A stretch of DNA of 64,000 bases, taken from contig JAGBES010000021.1 in the NCBI GenBank assembly GCA_017936845.1, positions 1,160 through 65,159 on the forward strand, given 5' to 3'. The DNA is from Bacilli bacterium (GTDB lineage Bacteria > Bacillota_I > Bacilli_A > RF39 > UBA660). Below are positions 38,147-48,597 of the stretch, one piece after another. Position 1 is the first letter of the stretch, and each line of letters starts with the position of its first letter. The translations under genes were made by a program, and so were the position numbers. The notes beneath the pieces are model-generated. The model searched no databases. It saw nothing but the letters and a program-made list of their open reading frames with translations, and had not been told where the DNA came from.

Positions 38147-39831
38147 TATATAACCTCCCCTATATCGTATAATTTCTTATAGTTTTGGTTATCTAATAGT
38201 TCTTCGTGTGTTCCTATTTTTTCTATTTTGCCGTTACTTATTAATACTATTTTATCAAAATTTTTTACTGTTCTTATTCTATTTGTTATAAATATAATTG
38301 TTTTATCTTTATATTCTTTTAAGATATTTTTTATTATTTTTTCTTCTGTTTTTAAGTCTAAAGCACTTAGTGAATCATCAAGAACTAATAAACTAAAATC
38401 TTCTAATAAACTTCTACATAAAATTATTCTTTCTTTTTCTCCCCCACTTAAATTTTTTCCATTTTGTTCTATTATATATTTTAATTTCTTTTCTTTTTTA
38501 TTTACAATGTTTTCTGACAATGTAATTTTTAAAACTTTTTCTATATTTATCTTTTTATTAAATTTTATATTATTTGCTATTGTATTTTTAAATACATTAT
38601 TTTTTTGATTAATTATTCTTATTTCTTTTCTTAAACTACTAATATTATATTTTCTTATATCTATATCATTTATTAATACATTTCCTTTTGTTATATCATA
38701 ATTTCTTGTAAGAAGATTAATAAGAGTTGTTTTACCACTTCCAGATTCTCCTACAATAGCTATTTTTTCTTTGTTTTTTATTATTAAGTTTATGTTTTCT
38801 AAATTATATTTTTTATTATATGAGAAGCATACATTTTTTAATTCTATTTGTTTTATTCTATTTAATATCTTTCCTTTATTTTTTATTTCTTCTTTTTTAG
38901 TTAATATTTCTTTTATTCTTTTCATTGATACAGTACTTTCTAATATCAATAAAAAAATCATTGATACTGATATTATTGATGATAAAAGTAAGCTTATATA
39001 TTCTATAAATGCTGTTATATTACCTATTTCAAAACCATATTTTATCTGTTGTTTACTAATTATTAATATTAAAATTGTTGTTATATTAATTATAAATATT
39101 ATTAATGGCATCATTAAAGATAATATTTTTAATGCTTTGATATTTATGTTTTTTAGTTCATTATTTTGCACTTTAAATTTATTTATTTCATATTTTTCTT
39201 TATTATTTGCTTTTACTAATTTTATCATATTTATATTTTCTCTAACTTTAGAGTTAAATGAATCTATTTTTTCATATGTTATTCTAAAATACGGATATGA
39301 TTTTTTCATAAATATATAACTTATTATAATTATAATTGGTACTATTATTAATAGTATTAATGACAATTTTAAACTAAGTGTTAAACACATAAATATACTA
39401 CCTATTATTATAATTGGTACTTTAATAAATACTTTTAGAATTAAAAATATAACGTTTTCTATATTTGATATATCATTTGTAGTAAGCGTTACTATATTTC
39501 CTATATTTAAATGATCTATATTTTTATAATCTAAATTTAATGATTTATTTACTATTTTTTTTCTTAATTTAGTGGATATATCTACACTAATAAAAGTTGA
39601 TATATATGTTCCTAATATACTTCCAATAATTCCAAGTATTAATATTAAAAGCATTATAATTATTTTAATAATTATATATTTTATATCATTATTAGTTATA
39701 CCAATATTTATTATGTTTGCTAAAATAAGTGGCAATGATAATTCCATTATTACTTCTAATATTACACATATCATACTTAAAAATAGTTTTAATTTGTACT
39801 GCAAAAGAAATTGAAATATCTCTTTTTTCAA
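38146..39831 (-). CDS. ABC exporter half-transporter (TMD-NBD), degenerate NBD
   Basis: Walker A GESGSGKTT, signature LSGGE, Walker B LLVLDDS (Asp in place of the catalytic Glu), and an H-loop His replaced (FITNR). Overlaps the partner gene by 1 nt. Confidence 0.85.
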   Translation of the reverse strand: MKKEIFQFLLQYKLKLFLSMICVILEVIMELSLPLILANIINIGITNNDIKYIIIKIIIMLLILILGIIGSILGTYISTFISVDISTKLRKKIVNKSLNLDYKNIDHLNIGNIVTLTTNDISNIENVIFLILKVFIKVPIIIIGSIFMCLTLSLKLSLILLIIVPIIIIISYIFMKKSYPYFRITYEKIDSFNSKVRENINMIKLVKANNKEKYEINKFKVQNNELKNINIKALKILSLMMPLIIFIINITTILILIISKQQIKYGFEIGNITAFIEYISLLLSSIISVSMIFLLILESTVSMKRIKEILTKKEEIKNKGKILNRIKQIELKNVCFSYNKKYNLENINLIIKNKEKIAIVGESGSGKTTLINLLTRNYDITKGNVLINDIDIRKYNISSLRKEIRIINQKNNVFKNTIANNIKFNKKINIEKVLKITLSENIVNKKEKKLKYIIEQNGKNLSGGEKERIILCRSLLEDFSLLVLDDSLSALDLKTEEKIIKNILKEYKDKTIIFITNRIRTVKNFDKIVLISNGKIEKIGTHEELLDNQNYKKLYDIGEVI

Positions 39832-39912
39832 CTTAATACACTTCCTTTAGGGTACTACTTAATTAAATAGTAAACTATTAATAAATTAAAGTCAATAAAA
39901 AAAGCAGATTTA

Positions 39913-40575
39913 CTACTTTTTGATTTTAACTTTAATTTTTAAATCTTCTTCAATATAATTATTTATTTTATTATATACTATCTCATCATCTATTTTTTCC
40001 TTTAGTTTATCTTCATTATATAATTCTATATACAAATCTTTATTTTGATTGTATAGATTGTATGATTTTACATCCTGTAAGGCTTCTTTTATTTTTTCTT
40101 TATCATCTATTTTTATTAATTTAGTATTTTTTATAGTATCATTATTTTTTTTATTATTTAAATATTTTAATTTTTTCTTACTTTTATTTATTATTTTTGA
40201 TAGTGCTATATTTTCAAATAATATATTTTTTATTTTTTGTTTATAGTTATTTTCTAATTTAGTTACTGTAATTTCCATTGGTATTATCAATAATAATGGT
40301 AAAAGCATCAAAATATTTAATGTATTTATAAATGTTCCTAATACTATTAATGTTATAAATACTATACTAAACATATTTAATTTTGTTAATATTTTTTTTA
40401 TATTAGTAAAATTACTTATTAAATAATTATTATCTCTTTTTTTCATTTCTAATGTTTCTATTATATTTTCTTCTATTAATATATCTTCTATATTTTTACT
40501 ACATTTATATACTTTATTTTTAACATCTTCTTTTACAAATACATTTTCTCCTATACATTGATATTCTTGATTCAT
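39913..40575 (-). CDS. hypothetical membrane protein with C-terminal coiled coil
   Basis: Two adjacent TM helices in the middle. No recognisable motif. Confidence 0.4.
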   Translation of the reverse strand: MNQEYQCIGENVFVKEDVKNKVYKCSKNIEDILIEENIIETLEMKKRDNNYLISNFTNIKKILTKLNMFSIVFITLIVLGTFINTLNILMLLPLLLIIPMEITVTKLENNYKQKIKNILFENIALSKIINKSKKKLKYLNNKKNNDTIKNTKLIKIDDKEKIKEALQDVKSYNLYNQNKDLYIELYNEDKLKEKIDDEIVYNKINNYIEEDLKIKVKIKK

Positions 40576-40620
40576 TTTTTCACCTCTATTTATTATATTT
40601 AGTATAGGCCTTTTAGTTAC

Positions 40621-40645
40621 AAAAAATAACTGATTAACAGTTATT
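40621..40645 (-). terminator. terminator of the tyrS operon
   Basis: AATAACTG/CAGTTATT stem overlapping the tyrS stop, with T6 following on the minus strand. Confidence 0.6.
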
Positions 40646-41870
40646 CAAATATTCCCATATAATATTTTTTCTTTCCTCTTCTTATAACTATAGCTTTATT
40701 TTCTATAGCTTTATCTTTAGAAATAATTTCATTTTCATCAGTTACTTTATCACCATTTATTAAAATAGAACCAGCATTTATAAATTCTCTTGCTTCTCTT
40801 TTACTTGAAGCAATACCATTATTAACAATTAAATCTATTAAACTATATTCTTTATCAATAGTAAAACTTGGAATATCTTTAAAAGCACTTTCAATTTCAT
40901 CTAATTTTAATTCTTTTATATTACCACTAAATAAAGCTTCACTTATTTTTAAGGCTTTATTATATTCTTCTTTACCATGTAAGAAAGTTATAACACATTC
41001 AGCTAATTTTTTTTGGGCTATTCTAAGTTCAGGTTTTTCATTATGTTCTTTTTCTATTGCTTCTATTTCTTCTTTTGTTAAAAATGTAAATACTTTTAAA
41101 TAATCTATTATTTTTTCATCTTCAGCATTTATTAAGAATTGATATAATTCATAACTAGATGTTTTATTTTTATCTAGCCATAAAGCATTACCTTCTGATT
41201 TACCAAATTTTTTGCCAGTTGAATCTGTTACTAATGGCATAGTAAAAGCATATACTTCTTTCCCTGTTTTTTTTCTAATTAAATCTACACCTGCTGTAAT
41301 ATTTCCCCATTGATCTGAACCTGCTACTTGTAAAGTACAATTTTTTGTTTCATATAGATGTAAAAAATCTAAGGCTTGCATAATCATGTAAGAAAATTCA
41401 GTATATGTTATACCGTTTTCTAATCTTCTTCTTATTATATCTTTATCTAACATATAATTTATATTAAAATATTTTCCATAATCTCTTAAAAAATCAATAA
41501 AATTAATATCTTTTGACCAATCATAGTTATTTACTACTTCAAAGCCAAATAATTCTTCTGCTTGTTTTGTTAAACATTCAATATTATGTTCTATCTCTTC
41601 AACTGATTTCATTTCTCTTTCTGTAGTTGGTCTAGGATCTCCAATACGTCCTGTTGCTCCTCCTATTAAAAGTATTGGTTTGTGTCCAGCATCAGCTAAT
41701 CTTTTTGATATTAAAAAACTTGATAAATGTCCTAAATGCATAGAATCAGCAGTTGGATCTGTTCCTATATAAAATGTTAATTTTTCATTGTTTAATTTAT
41801 CTTCTAAATCTGGACTGGTTACATCTTTAATAAGTCCTCTCCATTTTAATTCTTCAAATAATGTCATCAT
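40641..41870 (-). CDS. tyrS: tyrosine--tRNA ligase
   Basis: HIGH motif (MHLGHL), KMSKS motif (KFGKS), and a C-terminal S4-like domain. Confidence 0.95.
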   Translation of the reverse strand: MMTLFEELKWRGLIKDVTSPDLEDKLNNEKLTFYIGTDPTADSMHLGHLSSFLISKRLADAGHKPILLIGGATGRIGDPRPTTEREMKSVEEIEHNIECLTKQAEELFGFEVVNNYDWSKDINFIDFLRDYGKYFNINYMLDKDIIRRRLENGITYTEFSYMIMQALDFLHLYETKNCTLQVAGSDQWGNITAGVDLIRKKTGKEVYAFTMPLVTDSTGKKFGKSEGNALWLDKNKTSSYELYQFLINAEDEKIIDYLKVFTFLTKEEIEAIEKEHNEKPELRIAQKKLAECVITFLHGKEEYNKALKISEALFSGNIKELKLDEIESAFKDIPSFTIDKEYSLIDLIVNNGIASSKREAREFINAGSILINGDKVTDENEIISKDKAIENKAIVIRRGKKKYYMGIFE

Positions 41871-42328
41871 TTATCACTCCTATATTTTTTTATTTTTTGT
41901 CTTAAAGCAAATTCTGGAATTTTATATTTTCTCATTAATAAGTAGCATAATTCACAGTCATTTGTGAACACTTCATTTTTTAAATATGTTGTCATTAATT
42001 TATTTTCTGTAAGTAAATTAATAGCATATTCAACTATTTCTTCATTTTCTTCTTGATAAAAATCTATATCTGAAATTGTTTTGCCATATCTTTTTTCTTC
42101 TTTTAAATATAAATCATATAAGCTAATAAAGTAAGCTACTACAAATCTTTTATATTCTAATGTTTGAAAATCATCTATCACTATAATTTTTTCTTTTTTT
42201 TCTTTATTGATTAATATGCATCCTCTAATATTCTTTTCTAGTAGTTTTGATAATTGAACATCAAAACCTCTATCTTTTGCTAATTTTACACTATCTATTT
42301 TTTTTATATTGTTATTATCTTCCATCAT
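41867..42328 (-). CDS. hypothetical protein, remotely ImmA/IrrE-like but lacking HExxH
   Basis: The layout LAKDRGFDV...RGCIL......IIVID....EYKRFVVAYFISLY ... KYKIPEFALRQKI resembles ImmA/IrrE (DUF955), but the metal-binding HExxH is absent. Weak call. Confidence 0.3.
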   Translation of the reverse strand: MMEDNNNIKKIDSVKLAKDRGFDVQLSKLLEKNIRGCILINKEKKEKIIVIDDFQTLEYKRFVVAYFISLYDLYLKEEKRYGKTISDIDFYQEENEEIVEYAINLLTENKLMTTYLKNEVFTNDCELCYLLMRKYKIPEFALRQKIKKYRSDK

Positions 42329-42977
42329 TATTTATACCATCTTTCATTATTTCTACACCATTACTAGTTCCAAGCCTTGTAGCACCTTTGTTTATCATAG
42401 CTTCAGCTTCTTCTAATGTTTTAATTCCTCCACTAGCTTTTATTTCAAGTATTTCATTTTTATGTTTATTTATTAATTCTATGTCTTCTAATTGTGCTCC
42501 TTTTGGACCAAATCCTGTTGATGTTTTTATAAAATTAACAAATGTTTCACTACATATTTCTGTCATTTTAATTATTTCATTTTTATCTAAATAACAAGTT
42601 TCTATTATTACTTTTAAAATATGTCCATCTATTGAATCTCTTATTTCTTCTATTTCTTCTTTTATATAATCATATTCTTTATTTTTTAGTGCTTCTATAT
42701 TAATTACCATATCTATTTCATCTGCACCATTTTCTATAGCATTTATAGCTTCAAAAACTTTTGTTTCTTTTGTATTATATCCATTTGGAAAACCTATTAC
42801 TGTGCATACTGATACAGTAGAATCTTTAAGTAAATTTTTAGCTAATTTTACATAATAAGGTGACACACATACTGAAGCAAAATGATATTTTTTAGCTTCT
42901 TCACATAACTTTTCTATATCTTTTAAATTTGAAGTAACTTTTAAATTAGTATGATCAATATATTTATTTAATTCCAT
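42315..42977 (-). CDS. deoC: deoxyribose-phosphate aldolase
   Basis: IDHTNLK, EIDMVINI, IKASGGI (Schiff-base Lys context). Confidence 0.9.
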   Translation of the reverse strand: MELNKYIDHTNLKVTSNLKDIEKLCEEAKKYHFASVCVSPYYVKLAKNLLKDSTVSVCTVIGFPNGYNTKETKVFEAINAIENGADEIDMVINIEALKNKEYDYIKEEIEEIRDSIDGHILKVIIETCYLDKNEIIKMTEICSETFVNFIKTSTGFGPKGAQLEDIELINKHKNEILEIKASGGIKTLEEAEAMINKGATRLGTSNGVEIMKDGINNDGR

Positions 42978-43609
42978 TATAGCATCTCCTTTAATTCATA
43001 AAGACTTTTTATTACTTTATGTTTTTGTTTTTCTTTTATTTTGTTTTTCAAGTCTACTTGTATTACATTTATATTTAATACTTTTGCTCCTTTTATATCA
43101 ACTTCATAATTATCACCTATCATCAAACATTCATTTGGTTTATAAGGACCAATTGCTTTTATGAATGCTTCCTTATTTGGTTTTAATGTTATTTCTTCAC
43201 ATCCATAGAATTCTTTAAAGAATTTATCTATTCCTAATGTTTTTAATCTTCCTACTTGCGCTTCTTTGAAATAATTTGTAAGTAAAACTATTTCATATTT
43301 TTTATCTAAATATGTAAATAATTCTATCATTTTTTCATCATTTTGTGGTGCTAATGTAGATTGATTTATTAATAGTTTATTTATAAATTCTATATCTAAA
43401 TTTAAATTAGTATTTCTATTTATATCTTGTAATAGTATTTCTTTAGTTAATATTTTTCTTATTTTTTCTTGTTCTTCTATTACTTTATCTATTATTTTAT
43501 AATCTACATCTATATCAAATTCTTTCATTGTTTTTTTTAGTGCTTCTACATATTCATCTTTCCACAATATAATTGTATTGTCTAAGTCAAAAATAATTCT
43601 TTTTATCAT
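42977..43609 (-). CDS. HAD-superfamily hydrolase
   Basis: Motif I IIFDLDNTI and motif IV MIGDNYEVDI. Confidence 0.75.
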   Translation of the reverse strand: MIKRIIFDLDNTIILWKDEYVEALKKTMKEFDIDVDYKIIDKVIEEQEKIRKILTKEILLQDINRNTNLNLDIEFINKLLINQSTLAPQNDEKMIELFTYLDKKYEIVLLTNYFKEAQVGRLKTLGIDKFFKEFYGCEEITLKPNKEAFIKAIGPYKPNECLMIGDNYEVDIKGAKVLNINVIQVDLKNKIKEKQKHKVIKSLYELKEML

Positions 43610-43624
43610 AAAAACCTCCTATTT

Positions 43625-43790
43625 AAAAAATCATTATAAATATAAGGACGAATTATTCGCGGTACCACCTTATTTCATAATGATTTATGCTCTTTAATTT
43701 ATAACGGAATTATCCGATTCAATTCAAAATACGTAATTCGTATATTTTATCTTGGTTAACTTTCATCGACCGTTAACTTTCTAATTACTA
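43625..43790 (-). promoter_or_regulatory. T-box riboswitch leader, probable Tyr (UAC) specifier
   Basis: Minus strand has AAUAAGGUGGUACCGCG (T-box sequence), then a long terminator helix (AAAUCAUUAU...AUAAUGAUUU) and U6. The Stem I base is GUAAUU/AAUUAC, with AUAUACG directly 5' of the closing helix (UAC plus a purine). GC-rich, no ORF. Confidence 0.75.
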
Positions 43791-43849
43791 ATAAAATAAC
43801 TACTTAATATTTATCACAATTAATTATTTATATTATATTATTTTTACTT

Positions 43850-44200
43850 TTATTTTTCAATATCTTCTTTATGAATTTCTTCAATTATATTTTCTATTTT
43901 TTTACCATATTCTATTGATTCATCGTAGATAAATTCAAGTTCTGGAACATATCTTATATCAACTCTTTCCATAAGTTCTTTTCTAATAAATCCAGCTGCA
44001 TTTTTCAAAGCCTTTTTTGTTGAATCCTTTTTTGAATCATCAAGTATAGTATAATATACTTTAGCATAACTTAGATCATTAGTTACATGACAATCTGTTA
44101 CAGTTACAAATTTTATATCTTGATCTTTTACTTCATTAGCAAGTATATAACTTATTTCTTTTACAAGATTACTTGCTATTCTATCTATTTTAATGCTCAT
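43850..44200 (-). CDS. rbfA: ribosome-binding factor A
   Basis: Start at ATG 44200 (AGGTGA RBS). R..RV..L..E....I-type N-terminus. Position after infB. Confidence 0.9.
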   Translation of the reverse strand: MSIKIDRIASNLVKEISYILANEVKDQDIKFVTVTDCHVTNDLSYAKVYYTILDDSKKDSTKKALKNAAGFIRKELMERVDIRYVPELEFIYDESIEYGKKIENIIEEIHKEDIEK

Positions 44201-44259
44201 ATTATCACCTACATACATTATATAATAATTAAAATTTTTTTACAATAAAATAGAAAGAA

Positions 44260-46353
44260 TTATCTTTCTATTTCTACCATTTCATATGCTTCTATTATAT
44301 CTTTTACCTTTATATCATTAAAGTTTTCTATTGTGATACCACATTCTAATCCTTTTTTAACTTCTTTTACAGTATCTTTTTCTCTTTGGACTGATCCTAT
44401 ATTTCCATCATATACAACAACGCCATCTCTTATTATTCTTGCTTTTGCATCTCTTTTAATTAGACCATCTATTACATATGATCCAGCAATTGTACCAACT
44501 TTTGAGAATTTAAATAATTGTCTTATTTCTGCTGAACCTATTATTTTTTCTTCATATACAGGTTCTAACATACCTTTCATTGCTGCTTCTATTTCTTCTA
44601 CTGCTTTATATATAATATTATATAATCTAATTTCTACATTATTTTCTTTAGCAATATCTCTAATTGCATTAGTAGGTCTTACATTAAAACCAATAATAAT
44701 AGCATTTGATGCTTTAGCAAGTACGATGTCACTTTCAGTAATAGATCCTACACTACTTCTAATAACCTTTACTCTTACATCTTCAACTTCTATTTTTTCT
44801 AATGAATTTTTAACTGCTTCACTTGAACCATGTACATCTGCTTTTATAATAACATTAATTTCTTTTAATCCTTCACCAATTTTATTAAATAAATCATCTA
44901 ATGAAACAGCTTCACTTGATTTATTTTCTTTTAATTTTGCTGCTGTTTTTCTTTGTTCACTTATATTATGAGCTTCTTTTTCTGTTTCAAAAGCCATAAA
45001 TCTATCTCCAGCTTCTGGAACATCAGAAAGCCCTGTTATTTCTACTGGTGTAGAAGGAGTTGCTTCTGTTATTTCTTTTCCTTGATCATTTTTTAAAGTT
45101 CTTACTTTTCCATAACTTGTTCCAACAACTACTGGATCTCCAAGTCTTAAAGTTCCATTTTGTATTAATACAGTTGCTACTGTTCCAACTTGTTTATCAA
45201 GTCTTGATTCAATAACTGTTCCAATTGCATAACGTGATGGATTTGCTTTATATTCTTCCATTTCAGCTACTAAAAGAATATTTTCTAAAAGTTCATCAAT
45301 ACCTATTCCTGCTTTTGCTGAAATATTTGTAAATATTGTATCTCCACCCCATGCTTCTGGTGTTAATCCATATTCTGCAAGTTCTGTCATAACTTTTTCT
45401 ACATTAGCATCTGGTTTGTCTATTTTATTTATAGCAACTAATATTGGTACATTAGCTGCTTTAGCATGATCTATTGCTTCTTTTGTTTGAGGCATAACAC
45501 CGTCATCTGCAGCAACTATAATAATTACTATATCGGTAATACTTGCACCACGAGCTCTCATTTCTGTAAATGCCGCATGTCCTGGAGTATCTATAAATGT
45601 TATTCTCTCTCCATTATGTTCTACTTGATATGCACTTATTGCTTGTGTTATTCCTCCAGCTTCCCCTAAAGCTACATTTGTCTTTCTAATTGTATCAAGG
45701 AGAGTTGTTTTTCCATGGTCTACATGGCCCATTATTGTTACTACTGGAGCTCTTTTTATTAAATCTTCTTCTTTATCATTTACAACAAATTCTTCAAAAT
45801 TAGCAACATTTACGGTTTCTTCTCTTTTAAGTTCTTTTCCATATTCTGATACTAGTATTTCTGTATTTTCAAAATCTAAACTATTATTTACATTAGCCAT
45901 TATTCCTAACATAAATAGTTTTTTTATTAATTCAGTAGCTGGTACATTTAATTTATTAGCAATTTCTCCTACACGCATACCTTCTTTATATATTATAATA
46001 TTTTCATCTTTTTCATTATTTGATTGTAGTTTTTCCTTATTTTTATACATTTCTTTTTTCTTAGTTGCTAATTCCTTTTTTGATACTTTAGGTACTACCT
46101 TTTTAGGTTTAACTTTTTGTTTTGAAATTGTTTCATCTAAGTCAATATCTTCTTTTTCTGCAACCATTTCTGCTAATTCTTCTATTTCTTCTTCATCTAT
46201 TACTTCATCTATTACATTATCAAGTTCAATAATATCTTCTTCGCTTAATAAATCTTCTTCATTATTTATATTTATACCTAATTCTTTACATTTTTTTATT
46301 ATTTCTCCTACAGATTTATTAACATCTAATGCATACTCAATAACTGACATCAT
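44260..46353 (-). CDS. infB: translation initiation factor IF-2
   Basis: G domain [25 protein letters not shown]. Conserved C-terminal domains. Confidence 0.95.
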   Translation of the reverse strand: MMSVIEYALDVNKSVGEIIKKCKELGININNEEDLLSEEDIIELDNVIDEVIDEEEIEELAEMVAEKEDIDLDETISKQKVKPKKVVPKVSKKELATKKKEMYKNKEKLQSNNEKDENIIIYKEGMRVGEIANKLNVPATELIKKLFMLGIMANVNNSLDFENTEILVSEYGKELKREETVNVANFEEFVVNDKEEDLIKRAPVVTIMGHVDHGKTTLLDTIRKTNVALGEAGGITQAISAYQVEHNGERITFIDTPGHAAFTEMRARGASITDIVIIIVAADDGVMPQTKEAIDHAKAANVPILVAINKIDKPDANVEKVMTELAEYGLTPEAWGGDTIFTNISAKAGIGIDELLENILLVAEMEEYKANPSRYAIGTVIESRLDKQVGTVATVLIQNGTLRLGDPVVVGTSYGKVRTLKNDQGKEITEATPSTPVEITGLSDVPEAGDRFMAFETEKEAHNISEQRKTAAKLKENKSSEAVSLDDLFNKIGEGLKEINVIIKADVHGSSEAVKNSLEKIEVEDVRVKVIRSSVGSITESDIVLAKASNAIIIGFNVRPTNAIRDIAKENNVEIRLYNIIYKAVEEIEAAMKGMLEPVYEEKIIGSAEIRQLFKFSKVGTIAGSYVIDGLIKRDAKARIIRDGVVVYDGNIGSVQREKDTVKEVKKGLECGITIENFNDIKVKDIIEAYEMVEIER

Positions 46354-46368
46354 AATATCACCTCTTTC

Positions 46369-46884
46369 TTATTTTTTTACTTTAACCTTTTTATTTATTA
46401 GTTCTTCATATGAAATATATTCTACATCTGCTTTATCAAACATAAGTTTTGCTAAAGCTACTTTATCAGTGAAACGATATTCTTTTAAATATACAACCTT
46501 TTTTATTCCTGATTGAATTATAGCTTTTGTACACTCTAAGCAAGGAAATAGAGTTACAAATATTGTTGAATTATCTAAATCACTATGACTACCTCTGTAG
46601 TTTAATATTGAATTTAATTCTGCGTGTACAATAAATGTATTTTTTATTTTGGATATATCATTATAATACTTACTATTTGGATCTTCTCCTTCACAGTTAT
46701 AAGGTATTTCATCATCAGAAAATCCTTTTGTTGAACCATTATATCCTTCAGATAATATTTTATTATCTTTTACAATACATGCACCTACTTGTGTACTGGG
46801 ATCTTTACTTCTTTTAGCAGCTAATATAGCATGTTCCATAAAATATTCATCCCATGTAATATAGTCTTCTCTTTTTCCTGGCAT
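46369..46884 (-). CDS. dCMP deaminase (ComEB-like cytidine/deoxycytidylate deaminase)
   Basis: Zinc motifs HAELNSI and PCLECTKAI. Confidence 0.8.
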   Translation of the reverse strand: MPGKREDYITWDEYFMEHAILAAKRSKDPSTQVGACIVKDNKILSEGYNGSTKGFSDDEIPYNCEGEDPNSKYYNDISKIKNTFIVHAELNSILNYRGSHSDLDNSTIFVTLFPCLECTKAIIQSGIKKVVYLKEYRFTDKVALAKLMFDKADVEYISYEELINKKVKVKK

Positions 46885-46903
46885 ACCAATACCCCCTAGT
46901 ATT

Positions 46904-47161
46904 TTATAAATATGATTTTAATTCTTCGTATATTTCTTCAGAAACTTCTGTTTCTAAATGTTTATCAAGTTGTTTATTTTGTTTTGCTTTCATTATTGTT
47001 TCTAAGTCCTTTTTTAAATATGCTCCTCTACCATTTGCTTTTCCTGTTATATCAACTATAACTTTACCTTCTGGTGTTCTAACTACTCTTATTAAATCTT
47101 TTTTAGGACATTTTTCTTTTGTTATTACGCAAGTCCTCATAGGTATTTTTTTTATTTTCAT
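46904..47161 (-). CDS. ylxR: YlxR/RnpM family RNA-binding protein (DUF448)
   Basis: PMRTCVITKEK.PKKDLIRVV and GRGAYL motifs. Position between nusA and infB. Confidence 0.8.
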   Translation of the reverse strand: MKIKKIPMRTCVITKEKCPKKDLIRVVRTPEGKVIVDITGKANGRGAYLKKDLETIMKAKQNKQLDKHLETEVSEEIYEELKSYL

Positions 47162-48319
47162 TTAATCACCTAGTATATTTATTCCATCTTCTCTTGCTTG
47201 ATCATAACTTTTTACATCTATCTTATAGTGCGTTAAACGAGCAGCTAATCTAACATTTGATCCTTTTTTACCAATTGCTAATGATAGGTTATCATCATCT
47301 ACTATTACATATGCTTCCTTTTTTTCTTCATTTGTTATAAAGACATGTAAATTTCTAGCTGGACTTAATGCATTTTCTATAAACTTAGTAGCATCTTTAT
47401 CATATGGAATTATATCTACTTTTTCACCATTTAATTCTTTTATTATATTGTTTATTCTAGAACCTCTTTCTCCTATACATGATCCTACTGGATCTACATT
47501 TGGATCTTCTGAATATACGGCAATCTTAGTTCTATTTCCAGCATCACGTGCTACACTATATATCAAAATTATTCCCTCGTTTACTTCTGGAATTTCTAAC
47601 TCAAATAATCTTTTTACAAAACCATAGTGTGTTCTTGATAATAAAATTAATGGACCTTTTGAATTATTTTCTACTTTAGTAATATATACTTTTATAGATG
47701 ATCCCATTTTTATATTTTCTCCTGGTATTATTTCTGATTTTGGTAAGATTCCTTGTGTTCTTCCTAAATCTATATAATAATTTCTTTCATCTTCCATTGC
47801 TACTATTCCTGTAGCTAGTTCTTCTTCTTTATCTGAAAATTCTTCTATTATAACATTTCTTTCTGCTTCTCTTATTTTTTGTATAACAACTTGTTTTGCA
47901 GTAGAAGCTGCTACTCTTCCAAAATCTTTTGGTGTTACTTCTTCTTCTATTGTTTCTCCTATTTTAATATCTGGAACAATTTTTCTTGCTTCTTCTAATG
48001 TTAAATGAATTTTCTCATCATATACAAATGGTAATACTGGTTCATCTTCATCATCTTCTTCATTAATTGTTGAAAAATCAATATCTGAAAATTTTTTATA
48101 CTTATCTTCTTCATTTCTATCAACTACTGTTTTATAAGAATATACTTTTACCTCTCCTGTTTCACGATTAATATCTATTCTAACATTTGATAATGAGTTA
48201 TAATTTTTTTTATATGCTGATGTTAATGCAAGTTCTAATGCTTCATATATAACTTCAGGATTTATTCCTTTTTCTTTTACTAATAAATCTACTGCTCTTT
48301 TAAATTCTTTGTTATCCAT
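47162..48319 (-). CDS. nusA: transcription termination/antitermination factor NusA
   Basis: Start set at ATG 48319 (MDNKEFKRAVDLLVKEKGI), one nt after the rimP stop. S1 and two KH domains (GSCIGERGSRI, AIGKKGSNVRLA). Confidence 0.9.
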   Translation of the reverse strand: MDNKEFKRAVDLLVKEKGINPEVIYEALELALTSAYKKNYNSLSNVRIDINRETGEVKVYSYKTVVDRNEEDKYKKFSDIDFSTINEEDDEDEPVLPFVYDEKIHLTLEEARKIVPDIKIGETIEEEVTPKDFGRVAASTAKQVVIQKIREAERNVIIEEFSDKEEELATGIVAMEDERNYYIDLGRTQGILPKSEIIPGENIKMGSSIKVYITKVENNSKGPLILLSRTHYGFVKRLFELEIPEVNEGIILIYSVARDAGNRTKIAVYSEDPNVDPVGSCIGERGSRINNIIKELNGEKVDIIPYDKDATKFIENALSPARNLHVFITNEEKKEAYVIVDDDNLSLAIGKKGSNVRLAARLTHYKIDVKSYDQAREDGINILGD

Positions 48320-48320
48320 T

Positions 48321-48587
48321 TTATTCACAACCTTTCTCTTTTGAACATACATCTAAAATATAATTTTCTTCTATTGGATCCGCTTCATCAATAATTGGAT
48401 TTATTAAATTAGATACTGTTACACAATCTTCTACTTCCATAATTCCTTGTTTATCAATAATGATTCTAAGAAAATTTATACTTCCCTCTTTCTCATAAAC
48501 AACTTGATCTAAAATATAATTATTATCTGTAATTGTTTTTTCAACTAAATTTCTTATTTTTTCTTCTATCTTCATATACCTCTCCAT
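48321..48587 (-). CDS. rimP: ribosome maturation factor RimP, N-terminal domain only (88 aa)
   Basis: Position upstream of nusA and a RimP-like N-domain (..FLRIIIDK...VEDCVTVSNLINPIIDEADPIEENYILDV.S). No room for the usual C-terminal domain. Confidence 0.55.
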   Translation of the reverse strand: MERYMKIEEKIRNLVEKTITDNNYILDQVVYEKEGSINFLRIIIDKQGIMEVEDCVTVSNLINPIIDEADPIEENYILDVCSKEKGCE

Positions 48588-48597
48588 AAATTATATT

